The position numbers and the translations under genes were made by a program. A stretch of 64,000 bases of DNA from the human T2T-CHM13v2.0 reference genome, Homo sapiens. The notes beneath the pieces are model-generated. The model did no database searches. It worked only from the letters and a program-made list of their open reading frames with translations, and had not been told where the DNA came from. Each line of letters starts with the position of its first letter. Positions within the stretch are counted from its first letter, which is position 1. Of the stretch, positions 1-12,432 are shown one piece after another. Location: assembly GCF_009914755.1 (NCBI RefSeq), contig NC_060930.1, one strand, 5' to 3'.

Positions 1-425
1 ACTTAGCATAATGTTTCCCAGTTTCATCCATGTTGAAGCATGTCTTTTCTTTTTAAAGCTGAATACTATTTCATTGTGTGTATATACCTCATTTTGTTTA
101 TCTATTCATCTTTATCAATAGATGAATTTAAGTTGGTTCTACCTTTTGGCTCTTGTGAATAATGCTGCTATAAACATTAGAGTACAAGTATCTGCTGTGT
201 CTCTGATTTCAATTCCTTTAGCAAATACCTAGCAGTGGAATTGCTGGATCATATGATAATTCTATATTTAGCTTTTTGAGGTACTGTGACACTGCTTTCC
301 AGAGTGGCTGCACCATTTTACCTTCTTACCAGCAATGCATGAGATCCAATTTCTCCACATCCCCACCAACACTGCTCATTTTCCACAGTTGTTGTTTTAA
401 TAATCATCATCATCATGGGTGTGAA
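1..425 (-). mobile_element. Old L1 (L1M-type) 3' fragment
   Basis: Reverse strand resembles the L1 ORF2 C-terminus and 3'UTR (minus ORF contains 'ENEQCWWGCGEIG'); highly diverged. Confidence 0.8.
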
Positions 426-1474
426 GTGTTGCCTGTGTGTGTGTGTGTACACATGCACGCGCGTGTGTGTGACAGGGAGAAAGGAGCCGACTCTCTCGGG
501 GCTGGAAAAGAACTCTATCATTACATCCTGAGCCCTATCCTCTTGAGAAGGCCAGGACCTCAGTCCCCAGAGAGAGGGTAGAACTCTTGATCTCAGCCCA
601 CGTGCTATGAGCAAGTTCACAAGAGTTTACAGAAGCATGTTAAGCTGAGAAGCTAGCATCCTTCCAGGCTTTTTCAAACTCACTTCCTAAAGATTCTTCA
701 GAGTCATGAAGAAAAGGAGAGAGGGAAGCAGGGAAGAGGAGACAGGAGAAGTAGGGTGTACATCAGAGCTCAGCATGGCCAAGGAGAGGGAAAGTGTCCA
801 AGTATCATTGTTAAGGGAAGGGATTGGGCTTCTCTCCCTGAGTTACCAAAGCAAACTGTACAACAGCCAGGGCCCAGCCCAGACGCAAAGATAGAATCAG
901 ATATTAACAAGGGAGAAATTCAGAATCTGGGTAAGGTTACCAGGGAGGTCAGAGCCTCTAAGATTAGGATCTGGAGTGAAATAGAGACAAAACAACAGGA
1001 AACAAGGTCAAAAACCGGAAGGCTTGATTTTGGCTTCTAAATTGGGATCGGTTACACAAAAAATTAAATTCAAAAAAAAATTGAGGAGGCAGTAGGGTTC
1101 ACGGTTACTAAGTCCAGTTAAGTGCAAAGTAGCAGATTGGCAGCATCGTACTGGCTTCCCCAACATCCCTGGCTCTATCCAGTTGTATATCTTCTTCCAC
1201 TCAACCAATGGCCCTCCCCAAAGGCTTTGCCACTGTCCCCCATTGGACTATAACACACTCAAGGTCTTTCCAAGTAGTCATTAGACAAACCATACCATTG
1301 ATTCTCCAGTTTTTCAGTGGGGTAAGCAGAGAAATCAGAGCAAACAGGTAAGTCAGAGCTTCCAACCCCAGATGGATCTGCCCCACCTCTGAACTAATAT
1401 GGGAAAAGTTTTAAGACTGGTCGAGTGGGGTCGTGGACCCTAGAGGTACGTTAATAGAGAATTTGGAAACTTTG

Positions 1475-1954
1475 TGTGGTAGGTGGGCTTCTCAGATGAA
1501 TCCCAAGACCCCCACCTCCTGATGTCCATGCCTGCATCTGTATCATTTCCTCCTCTTTGAGCATGGGGGAACCTGTGGATATGAGTGATATCACCCCAGG
1601 CAAAAGGGAGATTCTCCTGGGTGGGCCTGGCTTAATCAGGCGAACCTTTAAAAAGGTGAAGCATCAGAGACAGCTTCCCCCACTGGCCTGGAGGGAAATG
1701 CATGCTGTGTTGTGACCCCCCTAGAGAGACCCCATGACAAGGAACTGCACGCAGCTTCTGGCAGCTGAGAGCATTCCCCAGCCTTGGGATGTGCTTGGAA
1801 GATGACCCTGAGCTTCAGATGAGATCATAGCCTCAGCTGACACCTTGATATCAGCCTGGTAAGAGTATGAGTAGAAGATCCAGCCTGGGCTTCTGACCTT
1901 CAGAAAGCGTGGTTAAGTGTGTAGTCCTGCTACACAGCAGTAAAAACTAATCCA
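1475..1954 (+). mobile_element. MaLR LTR (MLT1-type)
   Basis: Starts tgtggtagg; has MLT1-like blocks 'cagatgagatcatagcctcagctgacaccttga' and end 'cagcagtaaaaactaatcca'. Confidence 0.7.
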
Positions 1955-1984
1955 CCTCGCCTACCTCATGGAAGGCAGCAATAG

Positions 1985-2262
1985 TTTGTTTTGTTTTTTG
2001 TTTGTTTGTTTTTGAGACGGAGTATTGCTCTTGTTGCCCAGGCTGGAGTGCAATGGCCGTGATATTAGCTCACCTCAATCTCTGCCTCTCGGGTTCAAGT
2101 GATTCTCCTGCCTCAGCCTCCTAAGTAGCTGGAATTACAGGTATGCGCCACCACGCCCAGCTAATTTTGTATTTTTAGTAGAGATGGGGTTTCTCCATGT
2201 TACGCTTGTCTCGAACTCCTGACCTCAGGTGATCCACCTACCTCGGCCTCCCAAAGTGCTGC
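1985..2262 (-). mobile_element. AluS (Sq/Sp-like), main part, interrupted by LTR12
   Basis: Antisense Alu from T-rich tail to 'ccaaagtgctgc', where it stops; the rest resumes at 3557. Confidence 0.93.
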
Positions 2263-3556
2263 TGAGAGGTGACAGCATGCTGGCAGCCCTCGCTCACTCT
2301 TGGCACCTCCTCAGCCTGGGCACCCACTCTGGCCGCGCTTGAGGAGCCCTTCAGCCCGCCGCTGCACTGTGGGAGCCCTTTTCTGGGCTGGCCGAGGCCT
2401 GAGCCGGCTCCCTCAGTTTGCGGGGAGGTGCGGAGGGAGAGTCGCAGGCGGGAATTGGGGCTGCGCGCGGCGCTTGCGGGACAGCGCGATTTCCGGAGGG
2501 GCGTGGGCTCGACACTTGGAACGGCCGGCCGGCTCGGGCAGTAAGGGGCTTAGCACCCGGGCCAGCAGCTGCGGAGGGTGCGCCGGGTCCATCAGCAGTG
2601 ATGGCCCGCCTGCGCTGCGCTCGATTTCTCGCCGGGCCTTAGCTGCCTCCCCGCCGGGCAGGGCTCCGGACCTGCAGGCTGCCATGCCTGAACCTCCCCG
2701 CTCCACCGCCGTGGGCTCCTGTGTGGCCCGAGCCTCCCCTGCAATCGCCGCCCCCTGCTTTACAGCGCCCGGTCCCATCCACCGCACCGCGCGCGCGGGA
2801 CTGGCAGGCAGCTCCACCTGCGGCCCGGTGTGGGATCCACAGAGTGAAGCCAGCTGGGCTCCAGAGTCTGGTGGGGACTTGGAGAACCTTTATGTCTAGC
2901 TAGGAGATTGTAAATACACCAGTCAGCACTCTGTATCTAGCTCAAGGTTTGTAAATGCACCAATCAGCACTCTGTGTCTAGCTCAGGGTTTGTAAACACA
3001 CCAATGGACACTCTGTAGCTAGCTAATCTAGTGGGGACATGGAGAACTTTTGTGTCTAGCTCAGGGATTTTAAACGCACCAATCAGCACCCTGTCAAAAC
3101 GGACCAATCAGCTCTCTGTAAAACAGACCAATCGGCTCTCGGTAAAATGGACCAATCAGCAGGATGTGGGTGGGGCCAGATAAGAAAATAAAAGCAGGCT
3201 GCCCAAGCCAGTAGTGGCAACACGTTCAGGTTGTATTTTACAGTGTGGAAGTTTTTTGTTTTGTTTTGTTTTTGTTGTTATTGTTTTCTTTCTCTTTGCA
3301 ATGCGTTAAATGCTCCCTACTCTTTGGATGTACACTGCTTATATTGAGGTGCAACATTCAACATGAGGGTTTGCAGCTTCACTCCTAAGCCAGGGTAGAT
3401 CACGAACCCACCAGAAGGAAGAAACTCTGAACACATCTGAACATCAGAAGAAACAAACTGCGAACGGGACATGCTGCGTTTAAGAACTGTAACACCGCGA
3501 GGGTCCGTGGCTTCATTCTTGAAGTGAGTGAGACCAAGAACCCAATTCTGAATACA
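2263..3556 (+). mobile_element. ERV9 solo LTR (LTR12 family, LTR12D/E-like)
   Basis: Begins TGAGAGGTGACAGC and ends ...ccaattctgaataCA; GC/CpG-rich 5' half, tandem CCAAT units; 4-bp TSD ctgc(2259-2262)/ctgg(3557-3560). Confidence 0.95.
2880..3220 (+). promoter_or_regulatory. LTR12 U3 promoter: six CCAAT (NF-Y) boxes, GT/Sp1 box, GATA site, TATA-like AATAAAA
   Basis: CCAAT at 2960, 3001, 3079, 3104, 3128, 3152; GGGTGGGG 3168-3175; AGATAA 3178-3183; AATAAAA 3187-3193. Activity of this copy is not shown. Confidence 0.75.
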
Positions 3557-3590
3557 CTGGGATTACAGGCATGAACCACAGTGGCTGGCT
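3557..3590 (-). mobile_element. Remaining 5' head of the interrupted Alu
   Basis: ctgggattacaggcatgaaccacagtggctggct; imperfect Alu TSD ggcagcaatagttt (1974-1987) / ggcagcagtaagttt (3591-3605). Confidence 0.9.
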
Positions 3591-4339
3591 GGCAGCAGTA
3601 AGTTTAACCTGAACCTCGAGCTTCTTTGATGTGCTGTGATGCAGTACAATAGATCAGCACACACATCATATATTCATAAATACACACTAGGCCTTAGTGT
3701 GTCTTCTCAACCCTCAGAGACGTTTAAGTGACTTGCTCAGGGAAATGCTACCAATTGCAAATATGGTGGTGATTCTTAATCATTACTATATCTGAAAGTG
3801 AAAAGTCAATGGTTTAAGAATCCAGAGCACTCAAAAACAATCTTAAAACACCATCTTGCGAAAGCCTCTCTGGGACAAGAGGAAACTGAGGCATGGAAGA
3901 TTAGGGAGTTTGCAGTGTTCTTTCCAATTCTAGGAGCCATGTGAAAGCAGCAGGTGCAGCCCTGCAACAGATAACCATGTGCATGCCTTGCCGTACTAAA
4001 CAAATCAGCATGCACCAAAAACCATTGCCTGCCCACTGATCCCCAAAACAAAACTCAACAGCAAGATGCATCCAAGATACAAGAGCTCCCCTGACAGACA
4101 ACTAAGTTATTCCCAGCTCATAGGAGACAGTTATGTGGCCACTCATGGCCCGGGCTTTCTTCTTTGCAGGAAGCCGGGGCTACATTGAAGGAGAAAGTGG
4201 GGAGGGCTGGGGGATAGAAAGGGGCAGGCTTGTAAGGCCCTTTTTTTGGAAGCTTAGAAATAAAATATTGCATCTTTTGTTAGTCAAGGACCTTTCGTGG
4301 AGGTTGATGTGTGCCAGTCAGATCTCAGGATCTCGGGGG

Positions 4340-4341
<2 letters not shown>

Positions 4342-4374
<33 letters not shown>

Positions 4375-4387
4375 TGTGTGTGTGTGT
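4342..4387. repeat. (TG)n microsatellite
   Basis: Directly visible. Confidence 0.95.
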
Positions 4388-5035
4388 AACCGAGTAGCCT
4401 GTCAGAGCCTCATTTTCCAGAATGCAAGTTCTCCCCCTAACTGATAATACTCTAAATAACAGGTGAGTGACTCCTGGCAGGAAGGAGATTATCTGACCTC
4501 ATTGTTTGCCTTTTTCCCCCCTCTTTGTTCTTCACAAATAAAGGTTTTTTAATAAACTGAAAGGTCCTCCGCTCTTGCCTGATGATAAAATGAAAGGAAC
4601 CAGTGAGGTATGGTACAACGTGGCAGCAAAAAAGGAGAAGCTCATCAGAAAATAACAAAGGTGCAAGTTAAAGATAAGGCAGCCGTCAGAGATTAATCCT
4701 GCCCGCCTGATTGTTTTCTTTAATACCAAAGCCTGCAATAGCAAGCGATAAGTTTGCTGAGTAATTTGGTTTTTGGTGAGGAAATAAAATTCAGGTAGGC
4801 CCCATAATTGATTTCCCTTTTTTTAGTTTTCTAAACATTAAACACCACCACCACAAAGCCCTGCCTTGGCTACACTTTTTTCTTCCAGCTGCGTTGCCAG
4901 TGTGCTGTGCTCTTGACCACCCCCCACCCCTACCCTTTCCTGATCCCAGAATTTCCAAAAGGAGGGAGGAGAAAGAAAAGTTCCCTCTCTTAGCAACATC
5001 AGGTGCAGTTCACGTGAAATCCTTAAATTCATGTC

Positions 5036-5515
5036 TGTTACAGACTAAACTATGCCCCTCTCCCTCACAGCAAAAATTTGTTAGAGTCCTGACCCCTCAT
5101 ACTTCAGAATGTGACCTTATTTGGACATAGGGTCTTTGCAGAAGCAAGGAGAGAGGCATGGAACAGATTCTTTCTCCGAGTCTTCAGCAGGAACCAACCC
5201 TTCTCTTTAAAGAGGTAATAAATAAATTAAAATGAAGTCAATAGAATGGGCCCTAATCCAGTATGACTGGTGTCCTTGTAAGAAGAAGAGATGAGGACAG
5301 AAACACACACAGAGAGAAGACCATACGAGGACACAGGGAGAAGATGGCATCTAAAAGCCAAGTGGAGAGGCCCCAGGAAAAACCAACCCTGATGACACCT
5401 TGATCCTGGACTTCTGGCCTGCAGAACTAGAAAACAATACATTTCTGTTATTTAAGCCACACAGTACCAGCCAGTTGGTGCCACCTTGTTGTGGTAGCCC
5501 TCAGAAACTGACACA
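5036..5515 (+). mobile_element. MaLR LTR (MLT1B/C-like)
   Basis: 'agaatgtgaccttatttggacatagggtctttgcag', 'gccctaatccagtatgactggtgtcctt', end 'aaactgacaca'. Confidence 0.85.
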
Positions 5516-6009
5516 ATATTTATCTTTAATATTTGCATGCAGCAAGAAACCCTCACCTTTAACTTGAATATCACGTTAATCCAAGTTCTCATTTTCTTCA
5601 CATCCTAGACCCCGTCAGTTTCTTACAGCATTAAGCACATTATTAAAGAAGTCAGGGGGAAGTGGAACCTTAAAGCAAATCCCTATCCCCTCCTCCTCTG
5701 TGAGAACAGATCGGAGTGCCTTCCCTCCTAAAACATCAGGGCATTTATGGACACGGACACTAGTCACAACGTCCCTTGCCACATCCACAGACTCAGTCAC
5801 TGCCCCTTCATTTTCCTGGTGTGTTGGAAGCCCAGAGCAGTCACCTGGCTGATCACAGTGTGTACTGAGACAATGGCTTGGAGGTGGGGTGGCACCAGAA
5901 GTCCCAAATGTCAGGCAAAATGCTCGCTCTCCAGTGCCTCATCAGAGCATTACAAAATCCATGTTAGCTCTTTTAGACCAGAGCTTTGCACTCTTCAAAC
6001 TTTAATTGT

Positions 6010-6135
6010 GCAGGAATGAATCAACCTGGAAACCTTGTTAAAATGTTGATTCTGATTCGGGAAGTCTGAGCCAGGGCCGCAGGGTCTGTGTTTCTAACAG
6101 GCACCTGGTGATGCCGACACTGAGCTGGTGCCTGA
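6010..6135. mobile_element. MER5-type hAT MITE fragment
   Basis: 'gaatcaacctgg...ttgttaaaatg...gattctgattc...tttctaacagg...ggtgatgc'. Confidence 0.6.
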
Positions 6136-7337
6136 ACTGCACCTAAGGTGCAAGGTTGCAGATCATCATAGGGTAGAGGTGTGGGGAAGGTGTTTTGGGG
6201 AAGGGGGTCCCTGTGGTTGCTCAGAGGCAAAGCTTTAAGTGGCCACAAAACTCCACAGATTCAGAGGTCTCTGGGTTGGGGAAACCTTTAGCAGGGTCAG
6301 AGGGGAAAAAAAACAGAACAGGAGCCATCAGTGAGGATGAGGCTGGGAGGCTCTGAAATGAGAAAGTGCCGCATGCACACGTGCACCAGGAAATGTGCTA
6401 GTAGGCAGCGCCAGCATGAGCAGAGCCTTATTTATTGTGACAAAATGAACAGCCCCCAGGTTGCTCATCCAGCAGCTAATTTCTCATCTTATCTATTATG
6501 TGAATGAGATGGGAAAACAGTTTCCTGTTTCTCACAGATATCACTGACATGAAAGATACTCAGCGAATTCCCTGGAAAGCCATGCAGTCACATCCATCCA
6601 CCGGCTTGCTGGTTTCAAGGGGAGGAATTGATGCAGCCAGGGCGGCTCCCAGATGCAGAAGCGAGTAAAGAGGCTTCTTTGCAGATGCCCTCATGTTCAT
6701 ATCACCTTGGAGAATGACTGAGGAGCTGACAGGTCTTTTTCTGCTGTAATATTCCATGGCAGATATTCCTTGAGGTCCAAGTGATTGTCCTGGGAGTGGC
6801 TTTGAGGCTTTCCTTGGTCTATTTCCAAGCTGGCTGTGTGACGGGGTGAAGGATCCCCAGCTGGAAGGGAGGCCCAGCCGGCAGCCACCACCTCCTCCTC
6901 CAACCTGTCCTCCCATCCACGCAATGAGCTCTAACAGCCTCACACCCCCACCTTCCCAAAGCGGCAACAATCATGAATCTTCCCTGGGAGAAGGATGGTG
7001 CCCTGTTCTGGTATAACCCAGAGTACCTGAGAGAAATTATTAGCATTTGTTTCAACTCTGTCTTACTGACAATGAGGAAACTGAGGTCCAGCATGGTGGG
7101 CAGATTTGCCCAAGGTCACCTAGCAGGTAAACAGTTGAGCCTTTTGGAGCCATGCATTGATCAAGGTCTGGTGAAAAGGCAAGTCTTAGATAGGAATCAA
7201 TGTTGGGTGTAGGAATCTAAAGAGAATGGATACCCAGAAAAATCCTCCTGACTCTGGGGGTTCATGTTTTGCCCTGGAAATATAACACATCGGACAACAG
7301 TTTCTGATGGAGAGACACAGAAGTGGAGAGTCCACAA

Positions 7338-7660
7338 GAGGGGTTCCCAACTTGGGCCACTTATTAACATCATTGGGTGGTGAGGGGGAGTAAAAATGCT
7401 GATGCCTGGGCCACACTGCAGAAAACCGAGTTTGAATCTCTCAGGCCTCACAGCCCCTGTGAGCTTGTTAGAAATGCAAACTCTCAGACCCCACCTGGCC
7501 TGCTGAATCAGAACCCGGGTGATTTCTGTGCTCGCTGAAGTTTGAGAAGCACTGCTTGAGCTAAACAATGGAACCACCTGATGTCTGGGTCCCACCCCAG
7601 GTCAAACACATTGGAATCTCCAGACAGTGTGGCCTGCCATGGGTGGCTTTTAGAAAGGCG
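7338..7660. mobile_element. MER5A/B-type hAT MITE fragments
   Basis: 'gagcttgttagaaatgcaaactctcagaccccacc...gctgaatcagaa...aagtttgagaagcactg'. Confidence 0.65.
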
Positions 7661-7974
7661 AGGACCATGGAGAAGAGAGTAGGGCACAAGATATGAGTTT
7701 AAAGGCCTCAGAGACAAATTGACCTGAAATCACATTTTGCAGAGTCCCCAGGCACATTCAGGAAAAGAAGTGTGGATGAAGACATGGAGGCTGGGGAGGC
7801 CTGGTCCTGCCTCTGCCTCTGTCTGTCCCCCAGCAATATGGCCTGGAACAGACCACGGCTGACTCCAGAGATGAAGATCTGAAGTCTGATGATTCTGTGT
7901 CCACCTTGAAACAGGGCAAGAGCAGAAAAATGACTTTCAAGTCCCAGTGTACTATGCTGGGTAAGTAGGAGTAG

Positions 7975-8332
7975 TGCTATCGTTGGAATGTTTGTGTCCC
8001 TCCAAAATACAGGTGGAAATGTAATCCCCATTGCAGTTGTATTAAGAGGCGGGACCTTTAGGAGGCAACTAGGTCATGAGGACTCCTCACTCATGAATGG
8101 AATTAAGGCTCTCATAAAAGAGGCTTTATATGGGTCCCTTTTTGCCCTTCTGCCATGTGAAGATGTTAAAAACACACTATCTTAGAAGAGAGTCAACCCT
8201 CACCAGACACAGAGACCACCAGCGTCGTGATCTTGGACTTCCCAGCCTCCAGAACAGTGAGAAATTAACATACCAATTATAAATTACCCAGTCTGAGATA
8301 TTTTGTTACAGCAGCACAAATGAACTAAGACA
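7975..8332 (+). mobile_element. MaLR solo LTR (MSTD/MLT1A-like)
   Basis: TG...CA termini (tgctat...actaagaca); near-perfect 5-bp TSD agtag/agaag. Confidence 0.85.
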
Positions 8333-8344
8333 AGAAGATTATGA

Positions 8345-8560
8345 GGTAGGCAGTACATAAGAGATGCTAGAATTAGAACTAGGTTCTAATAGTTGTGTCA
8401 CAGCTGTGTGACCTTGGGCAAATTCTTTAACCTCTAAGCTTCAGTTTTGCTCATCCGTTAAATGAAGAAAATAAACACTAATTATGAAGTCATTGTGACC
8501 TGTCAGGAACTAAACGTTTAAAGCTCTTGACAAAATTTCTGGTACCTACACTCAAAAACA
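8345..8560 (+). mobile_element. MIR
   Basis: Core 'gctgtgtgaccttgggcaaattctttaacctct'. Confidence 0.7.
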
Positions 8561-9771
8561 GTAATAAATGGCAATTCAATTTCAACCCCATGGTCATTCT
8601 GAGTAAGATTTTAAGTTAGTAGAAGGCAGATGAGATGTGAACAATAACCTCTTTGTAGAATGAAAACCTAATGTCATGGTTTATAAATAACTCTCCCAGC
8701 TATGGATACTGTTATCTCTGTCCCCTCCAGGCAAGCCTTGTTTAATCCACCACAGTGGTTTCCTACGAATGTATATATATATATAAAAAGAACAATGATA
8801 AAGAACATACACAATAATGTGGGGAGGCATGCAAATCAAAAAGGCGTTAACTGATAGGGAAAAGGGAGCAAGGAACTAGGTTGAAATTATGTGGAAGGGC
8901 CTCTAGATAAATACGACAGTGAAAAGACAACTAATTGAAGAATGAGAGAGTTTTCTTAACCAGTGCTAGCTGAGTAAAAATATAATTATCTTTGATTCAT
9001 GAAGATTGCTACAATATGACTCATTTACCAAAACAGTTACTAGCAGAATTACACTTGTTACTGTGAGAAGACCACGTGGGAGCGAGGGCTGTAGTAAATA
9101 CCAAATGTGTTTGGTATTTCACAATGGCACCTGGAAGGAGAGTTCTGTTTCCTGCTCAGCGGTTCTCTGTGATGCTGCTGCTCTCAGCGGGCCATTTGTG
9201 ATCAGCAGGAGCACAGAGACCTTCCTGTGAGATGGGAAATGCTAATGTAAGTGCTCCTAACCAGGTTCTGGGAGAATCTCAACTTTCCTAGCCTGAACAC
9301 ACACCATCTAGATCCCAAACTTCTTCTTTTCTACCGGTGAAGCCAGAGCTCCAAGGCCACTGTGCCCTTAATTTTTAATCATATTGAGTTGATGTCTCTT
9401 TTGCCAAAGACTGCACACACACGGAGAAATTAGAAGACATTCATGACTGTTTATTAGTTGTCTGATGGCTCTAAAAAGGGGAAACTTACCTTTTTCCAAT
9501 CAAATATTTTCTCTCTGCCTCGACTGTGGTAGGCTTGGGTGTTCATCCCATAGAACAGAGCTGCTTAAAGGTTGAAATCTTCAACAATTATGGGAAGCTG
9601 ACTGCTGCGATGATGCACTAAAATGGGTGGAAGACAGTGGGCAGGGCACCCTCAGAGGTAGAGGGACCTCACAGGTGTTCTGGCCCAAACATCCTAAGGC
9701 CAGATGTGGCTCTAGGGAGTACGTGTATGTAAGTGATAAGGACAGCCATGTGTTCTATAAAAACAGAATGA

Positions 9772-10279
<508 letters not shown>

Positions 10280-10589
10280 TCATTAGCTTCCCTGGGCTCT
10301 CCTGTTCAGTGTAGGACAAGAACCGTGCAAATAGAAGGAGATGACCAGGGCTATAATGGTAAAATTATAACCCCACGCCAGACCTGGGTCTTTTAATAAG
10401 AAGAGCCATGTTCATCTCCAGTCTCAAAGCCACTTGAGGGCCTGAAGACCATCAATATAGATGGCGCTTAGCTGTTCTCATCCGAGGATAACAAATGTTT
10501 TCAGAACCACCCACTTCTCTTCCCCCGCAATACGCATAAAGAAGATTCCAGATATGATTCTCTCTCAGGCTGAGATCAACCACACTGTT

Positions 10590-10790
10590 TATGATTATGA
10601 GGTGCCTACTACATGCTAGGCCTTGCACTAAGTACTTTGCTTGCATTATTTCATTTCATCCCATCCACAGGCCTGGGAGGTAGGTATTATCAATACTCCC
10701 ATTTTAATGATAAGGATAACTAAGGTTCAGAGAGATTGGGTAACTTGCCCAAGGTCAAAAAGTAAGTGACAAGTCAGAGATTAAAATAGA
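10590..10790 (-). mobile_element. MIR
   Basis: 'cccattttaatgataaggataactaaggttcagagag...aacttgcccaaggtca'. Confidence 0.7.
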
Positions 10791-12432
10791 AAGCCAGCTT
10801 TGATAGGTTGTTTTTAGGATCAACTGTTGTGGAGAGGTGACAAAAATGAAAATGAGCAGGCATGTCACAGCAAACACGAAAGGAAGAATTATTCATGAAG
10901 AGAAAGGACCTGTTCCAGGGCCCAGAGACAGAAAAGAACTTGGGAGGTGTGAGGACCTTCTAAGTGTCTATTGCTGACTAATTATCAGCCCCCACGATGT
11001 GACTTAAGATATCAGGGGCCTTGATTCTCCTTCATGTGGCCTCTCCACATGGCTGCTTGTGCTTCCTCCAGCATGGAGGCTGTGTTCCCATGGGGATGTG
11101 ATGGAAGCTACTAGTCTTTTTAATGGCAAAGCACGGAACTGGCACAGTGGTACCTCCACCATATTCTTTTGGTCGACTCGGTCACAAGCCCTGCCCTAAT
11201 TCAGTGGGAGGAATGACAAAGAGTTAAACAAAACAAAACAAAACAAAACAAAACCACTGTGGTGGAATCACAGTTGACTAAGGATGAAGGAGCAAGAAAT
11301 GGAAGGGTTGTGGAACAAGGTGATGGGAGAGAGATTTTGCAAGCCTTTCTTGGCCATGTGAAGGACTTTGGATTTCATGCTAAGTGCAGACGAAACCTTT
11401 ACTCCTTTTCCACCCTTGCTCTTATCTCAACTGTGGTAGAAGACTAATACAACTAAGGACTGGAGGGATTTCATCTTAAGTCCACAGAGCAAATCTACAT
11501 GCACATAAGATGCATCTAATTCAGGCATTTAATGATTGTAAGGTATTAGTAAACTATCATCTTCAAATATAAGCTCCCCCAAAATACCATCTGTTGCTGA
11601 GGGACACACATAACATACCAGATTTCCAAGCTTCAGGAACAATGCCAATATACCTCCCCAGGTGTCGTGCCAGGTACTGCCACACCATGTTCATATGCAG
11701 AATGACTGCTGCTTGGTTTCTTGCCTACCCATCACCCTCACATACTTTATACCCTTGAACTCAAAAAAGCCCACAGCCCTTCAGTTTGTTAATTATCAGC
11801 CAGTCTGTCTGTATATAAACACTGCTTTGAGGTCAGGGAATTTTGCTGTGCCCGTGCAACTGAATCACTGGGTCCAATCTTCATGGTTAGAGAACTGGGT
11901 TTCTTGGTGCTAGTTAGAGTCATTCGGTGAGGAAGAAGTGAAGAGGAATAGCTTCCCTCTATTGCTAAAGCCAGAACTTCTCTGTACAACAAAGAATGTA
12001 AACGTTATAATACACTGGAGAGTGGGGTGATGCTACTCAACATATTAAATACCTTCTGTGCTGAGGTATCAAGACAAATCGGACAGACTCCAAATTCTTG
12101 AGTTGCTAAGAATAGAGAGAGGAATTATCCATAAATATGTTTTTTTCAATACAATGTAGTAAGTATAGTGATACAGGCATTCAAAGGGTACAATGAGATC
12201 CCAGAATTGGGGGCTCTAGCTGAGTTTTTGGGAGTGGTGAAGCAGGATAGGTTTCATAAAGGAGGCAATTTGGGACCAGAATTTAGGAGGAGTGGCAGTT
12301 AATAAAAGTATTTCAGGCAGACAAGAAATTGAAGAAGAAGAAAAAAGGCTCATTTATGTGAGGCAGCTAGGTAAATGTCCGTTTTGAGGAGGAGGGTTGC
12401 ATAAGAGGGCAACATTATTGGAATATAACTTT

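Noticed and set aside
2269-2903. Overlapping ORFs up to 199 aa
   Set aside because: Entirely within the GC-rich LTR12, where stop codons are naturally rare; no protein-like features
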